Below, piece after piece: positions 10,145 to 17,447 of a DNA stretch of 54,403 nucleotides. The number at the start of each line of letters is the position of its first letter. Within the stretch, counting starts at the first letter, position 1. A model generated the notes under the pieces. That model was not told the origin of the DNA. It searched no databases and saw only the letters and a list, made by a program, of their open reading frames with translations. The stretch is from an uncultured Candidatus Bathyarchaeia archaeon (GTDB lineage Archaea > Thermoproteota > Bathyarchaeia > 40CM-2-53-6 > CAVXDP01), in contig CAZLVF010000006.1 in NCBI GenBank assembly GCA_964562925.1, positions 9,319-63,721 of the forward strand, read 5' to 3'. A program made the translations under genes and the position numbers.

Positions 10145-10648
10145 TTGTGGAGCAAGATCGCAAAGAGGCTTAGCGACTATCCAGTTAGAGTCAATGTGAC
10201 CAAGGCTCTGATCGAGCTCGGATTGAGTGTCAAGGAGGATGGTAAGATCTACTGCGGACTCGTTGAGATGGCAGAATCAAAGATCGCCCGGGCTCTAGGC
10301 GTTGATAGACGAGTTGTAAAAGAGACCGCGACCCTGATAGCTTCGGACGAGATGCTAGCGCCCATATTCTCTAGACTAAGACCTGCCGGCCCGTTCCTGG
10401 CTGACATAGCCAAGTTCCTAGGATACATGGTTATTGAGATCTATGCAGACCCTTCGTCCGTTGGAATCTTGTCGAGTGCGTCTTCGATTATCGCAGGTGA
10501 AAAAATAAGTATTCGACAAGCTGTAGCTGATGACCCAGATCTGGTGCCTGAGCCGAAGCTGACTATTGTAGCGGACAGGGAGGTTTCAGGAGCGGCGCTT
10601 GAAAAGATCCTCAGGATCAGCGGCGTTAAGAAAATTACCGCATATTGA
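10145..10648 (+). CDS. ACT-domain regulator of amino-acid metabolism (COG2150-like)
   Basis: The ORF is open from 10046. The conserved region begins at the in-frame TTG at 10145 (MWSKIAKRLSDYPVRVNVTKALIELG...). The C-terminal half looks ACT-like (VIEIYADPSSVGILSSASSIIAGEKISIRQ). The family assignment is from memory. Confidence 0.6.
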   Translation: MWSKIAKRLSDYPVRVNVTKALIELGLSVKEDGKIYCGLVEMAESKIARALGVDRRVVKETATLIASDEMLAPIFSRLRPAGPFLADIAKFLGYMVIEIYADPSSVGILSSASSIIAGEKISIRQAVADDPDLVPEPKLTIVADREVSGAALEKILRISGVKKITAY

Positions 10649-10663
10649 AGAGAGGCTTTTTCC

Positions 10664-10972
10664 TCAGCTTTTCTTGGCTGGAACTTTCGGTCTAGACTTC
10701 TGTATAGTTTCGGCGATCCCCAATAGAATACGAGGTTTTGATCGTCCAGTTTGTTCGACTATCACGTATCCAGTCTTGTCCCACCAACTGCTAGGCCGGC
10801 TCGCGCCTTCAACTACTTGGGGGTTCATACCTAGCTTCTTGGCAGCTTCAAAAATTTCTGAGAGTTTAGGAGAGTCAAGCGACAGTGACTTTTTCAGTCT
10901 CCGCCCTTCCCTTCTGGTTCTTGAAGAGTTAATATTGGCAGGCCAGACTACAGCTCTTCCAGGCTGCTTCAA
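10664..10972 (-). CDS. srp19: signal recognition particle protein SRP19
   Basis: 102-aa ORF with the archaeal SRP19 pattern: VVWPANINSSRTRREGRRL.K, PKLSEIFEAAKKLG, and SWWDKTGYVIV. Confidence 0.85.
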   Translation of the reverse strand: MKQPGRAVVWPANINSSRTRREGRRLKKSLSLDSPKLSEIFEAAKKLGMNPQVVEGASRPSSWWDKTGYVIVEQTGRSKPRILLGIAETIQKSRPKVPAKKS

Positions 10973-10986
10973 AATTCAAGCCAAGC

Positions 10987-11379
10987 CTATGCCTTTGGTC
11001 GTTGTAGAATCGCGTTCACAACTCCATCTTGTCCAGGTCTGGAGGTAACCCTAGCCTCGCCAATGGCAGTTTCGATTATCGCTCCACGTGTGATGACGCC
11101 TCTCTTCTGATAGTCTGGGTTCGCCTCGTTCTTCAATACACGTGTGATCTCTACTTTCTGAGCCCGTCCGGTCGAAGGATCCGTCACATTAGCGGTCTTG
11201 CATGCGAGCGCCACGCGCTTCACCCCTCCGCCTCTTGTTCTTCTCTCACTCGACCTAGCATCTGAGAGTATGGTCTCAGCTGGCTCGTTTCCCATCTCAT
11301 GAGCCCTCTTGCCTCGGTAAGCTCTCTTCTTCCCTCCGGAAGCCTTTCTCTTACGTATATCTCCGTGCCACTGAGGCAG
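10987..11379 (-). CDS. rps8e: 30S ribosomal protein eS8 (S8e)
   Basis: The C-terminal motif ITRGAIIETAIGEARVTSRPGQDGVVNAIL is diagnostic. The first ATG/GTG/TTG is at 11295. The frame is open and eS8-like (LPQWHGDIRKRKASGGKKRAYRGKRAHE) for 30 more codons, up to a TGA at 11386-11388. The 5' end given here assumes the CTG at 11377-11379. Confidence 0.8.
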   Translation of the reverse strand: MPQWHGDIRKRKASGGKKRAYRGKRAHEMGNEPAETILSDARSSERRTRGGGVKRVALACKTANVTDPSTGRAQKVEITRVLKNEANPDYQKRGVITRGAIIETAIGEARVTSRPGQDGVVNAILQRPKA

Positions 11380-11551
11380 TGTACATCAACTCCGAATCAA
11401 TGAATCATTGGTGTTCGATTTTCCTGATTCATATAAGTGTTGCGTACAAGGGCTCTGGGTAGTCTCCGTCGGATGGGACAGGCTGGAAAAAATCGTCGGA
11501 TAGGCTACCAAGCACATAAAAGCTAAATTTCCACTAGCCCATCTATGCCTT

Positions 11552-11866
11552 ATGTGCATCACTTTCGTCGACATTATTACTTTTCTTGAAACCAATCTGA
11601 CATCAATTTTCGTCGTAGTGATTGGTGCCCTCATCGTCGCGTCCCTGTCTCGCTCTGGAGGAAAAGTGAAAATGTTCTTTATCAGACCAAAATTGCGCTT
11701 AGTTAATAATGAGGTTGATTCACAATACAACATTGCTTCCACGCGTTCTGCCAAACCTCTAACGGTCTATTTGGCAAAAGTGAGAGTCGTCAACATAGGG
11801 CATGACAATGCTGGACACTGTCAGATAAATTGTAGTTTTGACAACGCCGACTACAGTCTATATTGA
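11552..11866 (+). CDS. hypothetical protein with N-terminal TM segment
   Basis: 104-aa ORF in a lower-GC stretch, with one hydrophobic helix (SIFVVVIGALIVASL). No recognisable family. An antisense ORF (11386..11754) competes for the same DNA. Confidence 0.25.
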   Translation: MCITFVDIITFLETNLTSIFVVVIGALIVASLSRSGGKVKMFFIRPKLRLVNNEVDSQYNIASTRSAKPLTVYLAKVRVVNIGHDNAGHCQINCSFDNADYSLY

Positions 11867-11929
11867 AAACCAGATAGGATTATTCATCAAAACTGGACTG
11901 ATGCCTCAGTAGAAACATGGGTTAATCAG

Positions 11930-12205
11930 TTGTATGCTTTCTTCTATGATGAAGCGAAGCATAGCAAAGAAACTGATTTGTTAAGGAACCAATTTGGGAA
12001 AGAAACTCTGGTTGCCGTCTACGTAGAGGGTTCGAAACGTGCTTATTTGTTCGCCAACAACAAGATAGCGTTTGATCCTAACAAGGCTCAAAGAATAAAG
12101 ATCGTTTTGAACTATGCTAGATTATCAGGAGTCGATACCTATTCTGAGAGCGGTTTGTTTGAACTAAATTTCAAGGAGAATGGTTTCAAAAGGATAGAAA
12201 GTTGA
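11930..12205 (+). CDS. hypothetical protein
   Basis: 91-aa ORF in the same lower-GC stretch. No recognisable motifs. Confidence 0.3.
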   Translation: MYAFFYDEAKHSKETDLLRNQFGKETLVAVYVEGSKRAYLFANNKIAFDPNKAQRIKIVLNYARLSGVDTYSESGLFELNFKENGFKRIES

Positions 12206-12498
12206 CTCAGACTCTGGCTTGCGTTCTGTATTAGCGTGACCCATTTGTTCTTACCTTCCAAGGCTTCGTGTGGTCGAATGTAATTGTGAAAGATTTGATA
12301 GCCTTTCAGAATCGGACTTGTTTCTTGCTTCAAGCCTCTCATGACCTTTTCTCGATCTCTGACTTCTCCATTGAACCGCTCCATCTTGTTATTGCTGTGC
12401 CTGCTCTGAATCGCGATCTCGTGTATGTGCACGGTCGCCGAGGAGTTTGCAAAGTTAAGGAAGAAGCTTGACTTCTTTGCCGTTGATCCTATATGCAC
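12139..12498 (-). pseudogene. C-terminal fragment of a DDE transposase (IS6-like)
   Basis: The ORF translation contains SNNKMERFNGEVRDREKVMRGLKQETSPILKGYQIFHNYIRPHEALEGK..NKWVTLIQNA. This is the NNxxER...R.R....RG.K......YNFxRPHxAL block that ends IS6-type transposases. The whole catalytic N-terminal portion is missing and the flanking residues look like noise. Confidence 0.6.
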
Positions 12499-12666
12499 CC
12501 CCTCCGCCCCACCCCGCTCGGCAAAAGCGGAACATCTGTCAATCTTGAACGTAACAGTCTCAAAATAGGAGACGACTGACGGCGCTTGCGAAAGGTTCGC
12601 GGTGAAATAGGCTACAAAGCTCTTATTAGCGAACCGTCCCCACTCAATGTCTCCACGTGGTTGACG

Positions 12667-13461
12667 ATGGTATTATGTCCAAAATGTGGCAGGGAAGTTG
12701 AGGAAGCAGCGTCCTTCTGTCCGAACTGTGGAAGCCCCGTCTCGAGTGCTACTCCAACGCATCGACCCGAGTTCGAGATAAAGTATAGGCCTTCCTACTC
12801 TATGCTTGTGGTCCAACTCAAACCGAACCAGTCAATAATAGCCGAGGCGGGAGCTATGACCTACATGACGCCGAACATCCAAGTTCAGACACGTAGGCGA
12901 GAGAAGAGTATCCTAGGAACGATAGGGCTCTCTGTCCTAGGTCGTCAATCTCTCTTCGTAAACGATTACACGGCCACAGGTGGAGATGGAGAGGTGGCCT
13001 TCGTCTCAGCTCCCATAGGAGACATAGAGAGACTTGACATAATGCCGACAAAGGGCTACATAATCCAGAAATCTGCGTACATAGCTTCCACAAGCGGCGT
13101 CGACTTGGATGTTCAATGGCAGGGCTTTACAAAAGGCCTCTTTGGCCAAGGCCTCTTCATGATAAAGGTGACAGGTCAGGGCGACCTATTCATAAACACT
13201 TTTGGCGCATTGGACCGTCGTGCCCTAAAACCGGGTGAGATGCTAACTGTCGACAACTTCCATCTCGTAGCATTCAGCGACACATGCCAGTACAGAGTCA
13301 CAAAGTTCGGCGGGTTGAAGGAGACGATCCTCGGCGGTGAAGGCCTAGTAACCGAGATCGCAGGCCCTGGGGACGTGTTGATACAGACCAAGAACCTGAA
13401 AGAGTTCGTAGACTGGATCTGGACACTTTTGGAACCTAGGGTTCAAGCCAGAGCACGCTAG
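12667..13461 (+). CDS. AIM24/DUF124 (TIGR00266-like) family protein with N-terminal zinc ribbon
   Basis: From the ATG at 12667 the product reads MVLCPKCGREVEEAASFCPNCGSPV, followed by an AIM24-like body (GAMTYM, GDGEVAFVSAPIGDI, QKSAYIAS, GLFMIKVTGQGDLFINTFGA, GEGLVTEIAGPGDVLIQT). The track ORF begins at an upstream TTG at 12586. Confidence 0.75.
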   Translation: MVLCPKCGREVEEAASFCPNCGSPVSSATPTHRPEFEIKYRPSYSMLVVQLKPNQSIIAEAGAMTYMTPNIQVQTRRREKSILGTIGLSVLGRQSLFVNDYTATGGDGEVAFVSAPIGDIERLDIMPTKGYIIQKSAYIASTSGVDLDVQWQGFTKGLFGQGLFMIKVTGQGDLFINTFGALDRRALKPGEMLTVDNFHLVAFSDTCQYRVTKFGGLKETILGGEGLVTEIAGPGDVLIQTKNLKEFVDWIWTLLEPRVQARAR

Positions 13462-13547
13462 TTCAAGCGTTAAGATACATAGTAACTTCATGCGGTCAGA
13501 CGGTAAGTTTCAAAATCGAATGCTGGTAAGGCCTCAACAACATTTTC

Positions 13548-14126
13548 TTGGATGGATCCCGGTGGCGGATCTCCGTGCAGAACACGTTGAACAAGAATCA
13601 ATGTCTACTATTATGCATAGATTATCAGGAGAGGCTTCTGCCCAAGATCCACATGGCAAACGAAATAACAAGAAACGCGGTAATAATGATAAGGGCGGCG
13701 CGAGTTCTAAGCATACCAATTATAGTTACGGAACAGTATCCTGAAGGCCTCGGCAGAACCGTGAATGATATTGTTGAAGCTCTAGGTGAATACTACAGAC
13801 CGATCGAGAAGACCAGTTTCAACAACTTCGAATCGCCAGAGTTTGTTGAGAAACTTGATTCGGTCAAGCCGAAGCAGCTTCTAGTCATGGGGATAGAGTC
13901 CCACATATGTGTCTACCAGACGGTGTTGGAGGCTGTTAGAAGAGAATATCGCGTGTACCTTCTGGAAGATGCCACTTCATCAAGAAATCCTGAGAATAGA
14001 AGGATAGCCTTCGACAGAATGATTAAGGAGGGCGCCATCGCATCCTGCGTCGAGATGGCCATATACGAGTTGCTTAGGGTATCTGGAACGCCCGAGTTCA
14101 AGAAGATCCTCGAATTTGTGAAGTGA
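13548..14126 (+). CDS. isochorismatase-family cysteine hydrolase
   Basis: Contains LLLCIDYQERL, IIVTEQYPEGLG and LLVMGIESHICVYQT, the catalytic D/K/C pattern of the isochorismatase family. The real start may be the in-frame GTG at 13575 or the TTG at 13587. Confidence 0.85.
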   Translation: MDGSRWRISVQNTLNKNQCLLLCIDYQERLLPKIHMANEITRNAVIMIRAARVLSIPIIVTEQYPEGLGRTVNDIVEALGEYYRPIEKTSFNNFESPEFVEKLDSVKPKQLLVMGIESHICVYQTVLEAVRREYRVYLLEDATSSRNPENRRIAFDRMIKEGAIASCVEMAIYELLRVSGTPEFKKILEFVK

Positions 14127-14153
14127 GTATTGGAACGAGAGGAAGACTTTCTT

Positions 14154-14657
14154 TCAACGTTTTCTACTTTTGGCGTATGACCCAGTTAACGAATGAACCT
14201 TCTCCAGAAACTTAGGAATGTCCGGATTCGCTAGGCTATAGAAGATCCATTTTCCCTCGCGTCTATCCTTCAACAAACCCGCACTCTCAAGCATGTTCAA
14301 GTGATGGGATGCTGTAGGTTGGGTTAGGTCGAACGCGGCCATTATTTCACATACACACATTTCACGAACACTCAGTAGTTTGAGAATCTTCAGACGTGTG
14401 GGATCCGATAAGGCCTTAAGAATCCTACTCTGCTGCTTAACTGATTGTTCGTTTACTCTGTTTTCAACGAGCCGTCTAAGCGCCTTCACATATATTGAAG
14501 CATTCTCCTCAGTGCATAGTCCAGAGTCCGCCAGCCTTTGAACACGTTCTTCTAGATCTGATCTTCGATCCGCTTTATCCATCATCACGAGATCATTCCA
14601 AGAATTGACTCGTGTAGAATGAAATCTGGTGATACATTTTAACCTGTCAACCGACAA
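14154..14657 (-). CDS. arsR: ArsR/SmtB family transcriptional regulator
   Basis: LKALSDPTRLKILKLLSVREMCVCEIMAAFDLTQPTASHHLNMLESAGLL is the canonical ArsR winged-HTH with a CVC metalloid site. It lies immediately downstream of acr3. Confidence 0.85.
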   Translation of the reverse strand: MSVDRLKCITRFHSTRVNSWNDLVMMDKADRRSDLEERVQRLADSGLCTEENASIYVKALRRLVENRVNEQSVKQQSRILKALSDPTRLKILKLLSVREMCVCEIMAAFDLTQPTASHHLNMLESAGLLKDRREGKWIFYSLANPDIPKFLEKVHSLTGSYAKSRKR

Positions 14658-14672
14658 TTATGTCAGATACTG

Positions 14673-15746
14673 TTAAGTCTCCCTTTTCCTGAATAATCGC
14701 TTTTTAGCCCAGAGCGATACGTTAACGAGGCTTATCAATACTGGAACTTCCATCAGAGGTCCTATAACCGCCGCAAAGGCTTGCCCCGAATTTATGCCGA
14801 AGATGCTTATCGCCACGGCGATCGCAAGTTCAAAGTTGTTGCTGGCGGCTGTGAAAGACAAAGTCACCGTTTCAGGATAAGTGAACCTCAGAGCCGAGGA
14901 CATCAGGAATGAGAGTCCAAACATCATCAGAAAGTAGCTGACAAGCGGAATTGCTACTCGTACGACATCCCAGGGCAAGGCGAGAATGTACTCACCCTTC
15001 AACGAAAACATAACGACTATAGTGAAGAGCAGTCCAATCAATGCTGTGGGGCTCAACCGTTTTATGAAGACTCCTTCGTACCATTCCCTTCCTCGGCGTT
15101 TCATCAGAGTAAATCTTGTCACGATTCCAGCTATGAAGGGTATGCCCAGAAAGATGAAGACGCTTCTAGCAATGTCCCATACAGAAACGTGTACAACCAT
15201 AGCGGCTGACTGGCCCGCGATCCAAGATGACAACAATGTCACAAGAAAGTAGGCGTACACCGAGTAGAGAGCGATCTGGAACACGGAGTTCAAGGCTACA
15301 AGGATCGCGCAATACTCATTGTCTCCTCCTGCAAGAAGGTTCCAGATTAGAACCATGGCGATACAGCGGGCAATCCCTACGATGATGATGCCGACGCGGT
15401 ACTCTGGAAGATCGGGTAGGAAGAGCCAAGCCAACCCGAACATTAGGAATGGGCCTACGAGCCAGTTTTGGACGATGGAGACGGCGAACATCTTCCAGGC
15501 CTTTGCGACTTTTGAAAGCTCTTCATACTTTACCTTGGCCAACGGAGGGTACATCATCCATAACAGCCCAACAGCTATGGGAAATGAGACCGTATCAAGT
15601 CGCATGGCATCAAGTATGTTGGCAACTTGCGGAAACACGGCACCAGCTCCCACTCCGATTCCCATTGCGAGGAATATCCAAATAGTCAGGAACCTGTCTA
15701 GGAGCGGTAACTTACTAGCCCTTGGGGAACACGCATCTTCGGGCAT
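14673..15746 (-). CDS. acr3: ACR3-family arsenite efflux permease
   Basis: 357-aa polytopic membrane ORF. The ACR3-type N-terminus is LDRFLTIWIFLAMGIGVGAG, and the protein has about 10 hydrophobic segments. Confidence 0.9.
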   Translation of the reverse strand: MPEDACSPRASKLPLLDRFLTIWIFLAMGIGVGAGAVFPQVANILDAMRLDTVSFPIAVGLLWMMYPPLAKVKYEELSKVAKAWKMFAVSIVQNWLVGPFLMFGLAWLFLPDLPEYRVGIIIVGIARCIAMVLIWNLLAGGDNEYCAILVALNSVFQIALYSVYAYFLVTLLSSWIAGQSAAMVVHVSVWDIARSVFIFLGIPFIAGIVTRFTLMKRRGREWYEGVFIKRLSPTALIGLLFTIVVMFSLKGEYILALPWDVVRVAIPLVSYFLMMFGLSFLMSSALRFTYPETVTLSFTAASNNFELAIAVAISIFGINSGQAFAAVIGPLMEVPVLISLVNVSLWAKKRLFRKRET

Positions 15747-15778
15747 AAAGTCGGGTTAGCCCGGACTAACACATTTAA

Positions 15779-15997
15779 ATCTATCGTTATGTCTATGACG
15801 CCGTAGTTACGGTCTGCGATGAAGCCAGAGAAGAATGTCCATTATTCCTTGGAACTTCTAGAACTCTCCACTGGAGTTTTCCGGGGTCTTATGAGACTGA
15901 AGGCAGCGCGGAAGAGATTCTAGACATGTTCACTAAAGTTAGAGACGCTATCAAGGATAGAGTCTTGAAGGCCATTGAAAATAGGGAATTAGACTAG
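15779..15997 (+). pseudogene. arsC: truncated arsC (LMW-PTP type arsenate reductase), C-terminal half only
   Basis: Hand translation gives IYRYVYDAVVTVCDEAREECPLFLGTSRTLHWSFPGSYETEGSAEEILDMFTKVRDAIKDRVLKAIENRELD*. This matches the YDxVxTVCD...CP.F.G...HW....P....GS.EE....FR.VRD.I..R pattern of thioredoxin-coupled ArsC. A TAA lies directly upstream. The P-loop (CxxxxxR) N-terminal half is absent, and there is no in-frame start until the Met near the end. Confidence 0.6.
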
Positions 15998-16092
15998 AGG
16001 ATCTACACTAGCAACGGTATTAGGTGGGAATCGCTGAAAAATGTATTCGAGGACGTTGGTTGAAGAAAGAACACTTGAGGTGACATATTCAA

Positions 16093-16821
16093 ATGAGTAA
16101 GATCTTCAAACTCAAGCCCCCAGACGAGTATCCGCCTGAGGATGGTAGCTATCTACGGGGCAACGACTACTCTCCTGTTGCGGTAGTAATCTTACTTCAT
16201 ACAATATATGAGAAGATCCCGGATCTTCTGGTTGGTTTGTCGAAGGTTTCAGTTGAGGCGGGCGCTGCACTGGCAGGTTTTCTTCAGACAGAAAACATTG
16301 GGATAGAGAAGATAATCTGCAATGTGGTCGCCAACCCTAATATCAGATATCTTGTTTTATGTGGAATCGAGTCGGCAGGCCACCATCCCGGCCAGACATT
16401 TGAAGCCTTCATGAAAAATGGCGTCGATGACAAGAGGAAGATCATAGGCGCGATCTCCCAGACCCCATACCTCTACAACATATCGCCCGAGGCCATACAA
16501 CGGTTCCGAAAACAGGTTACGCTTGTGAACCTGCTAATCGAGGAAGATAGAAAGCTTAGGATAGACCCTGAGGCAATCAAAAGGATAATCAACACTTGCA
16601 TACAGGAGGAAGCTACGTCAATTCTTAACTTCACCTTGTATGATCCTGGAGCTTACCCTGAACCGGCGATCTGTCAGAGGATTACTTGGCGGGTTGAGAA
16701 ACCTTGGGCTCATTACTCTGAAGAGGAAACTGAAAAGCTGAGGAAAATAACAGAGATGGCAGCCCTTAGGCGCAAGCAGCAGACGGAACAAGAGAAGCGA
16801 GACCAAGAAGTAGTTTCTTAG
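16093..16821 (+). CDS. MtrA-like corrinoid protein (tetrahydromethanopterin S-methyltransferase subunit A homologue)
   Basis: Contains GSYLRGNDYSPVAVVILL, AGAALAGFLQTENIGIEKIICNVVANPNIRYLVLCGIESAGHHPGQTFEAFMKNGVD and IIGAISQTPYLYNISPEAIQRFRKQV, the MtrA pattern including the GH..GQ putative cobalt-ligand region. It has no C-terminal TM helix and instead carries a charged tail. GAGGTGA lies 9 nt upstream of the ATG. Confidence 0.75.
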   Translation: MSKIFKLKPPDEYPPEDGSYLRGNDYSPVAVVILLHTIYEKIPDLLVGLSKVSVEAGAALAGFLQTENIGIEKIICNVVANPNIRYLVLCGIESAGHHPGQTFEAFMKNGVDDKRKIIGAISQTPYLYNISPEAIQRFRKQVTLVNLLIEEDRKLRIDPEAIKRIINTCIQEEATSILNFTLYDPGAYPEPAICQRITWRVEKPWAHYSEEETEKLRKITEMAALRRKQQTEQEKRDQEVVS

Positions 16822-16865
16822 TCGCTATCTACCAAATAGGAGCCTGAAAGAGAGAATAGGCGAAA

Positions 16866-16985
16866 ATGAGCACATGCCAGAGATGCGGCCGGTACATATG
16901 TGAGTGGCAAAGATCAGCTGAAAGGAGTATGTGCGACGTCTGTTTCATTGAGGAGATACGTGAGGAAGATACGAACCGAGGTTGA
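16866..16985 (+). CDS. small cysteine-rich (zinc-binding?) protein, 39 aa
   Basis: Hand-translated: MSTCQRCGRYICEWQRSAERSMCDVCFIEEIREEDTNRG*. It has CxxC...C and CxxC pairs. The ATG at 16866 lies 44 nt after the MtrA-like stop. Confidence 0.35.
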   Translation: MSTCQRCGRYICEWQRSAERSMCDVCFIEEIREEDTNRG

Positions 16986-17447
16986 ACCCAGAGCGAACGC
17001 GGTGGTCGATGCAGGGCCGGTCGTCCTGTTCACTGCTCCAATAGGCTTGGCTCAGTCGACGGTCCCCTCGGAGTCGAATGCTCTGATCGATTCTGGCAAC
17101 TTGGTGGGGCGTAAGGAAGACCATGAGAAGTTTTGCTCGGTTGCTTTCCAAGATCTACGGAGCAGATTGCCTAAGCAGATTTTCTCGCTAATCGTTTGAC
17201 ATAATCCGCACGATATCGTTCGAAGAGCGTGATTTGATATGGAAGCTGGATTTACAGGTCGGTTAGCCTTGGAGGCACCCGCCTTCCTCCTACCCCCTCC
17301 AGAAGCAGCGCATCTACCGATCCAGAACGTGGCGACCATAGGAGGCAGGGAGCAACGATCCATACGAGGAGCTTAGGTTAACAGAACTGTTGAGTTTCAC
17401 TGAATCGCTGGAGGCTTTCTCAGCTCCGAGCATAGAAACTTTTCAAT

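Noticed and set aside
10599-11048. A 149-aa plus-strand ORF overlapping srp19 and the 3' end of rps8e.
   Set aside because: It is antisense to two genes with clear family signatures, and it has no motifs of its own.
16900-17199. A 99-aa GTG-initiated ORF in the +1 frame relative to the Cys-rich mini-ORF. I considered this a possible programmed frameshift fusion.
   Set aside because: There is no slippery site or recognisable domain in the extension. A competing antisense ORF covers the same DNA, so the evidence is insufficient.
17330-17365. GGAGGCAGGGAGCAACGATCC, which superficially resembles the SRP RNA helix-8 3' strand (GGAAGCAGCC / GGGAGCAAC).
   Set aside because: There is no GNAR tetraloop and no complementary 5' strand (AGGA cannot pair with GGGA). 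No Alu-domain or 5'/3' closing helix could be found. It is not callable as 7S RNA by eye.
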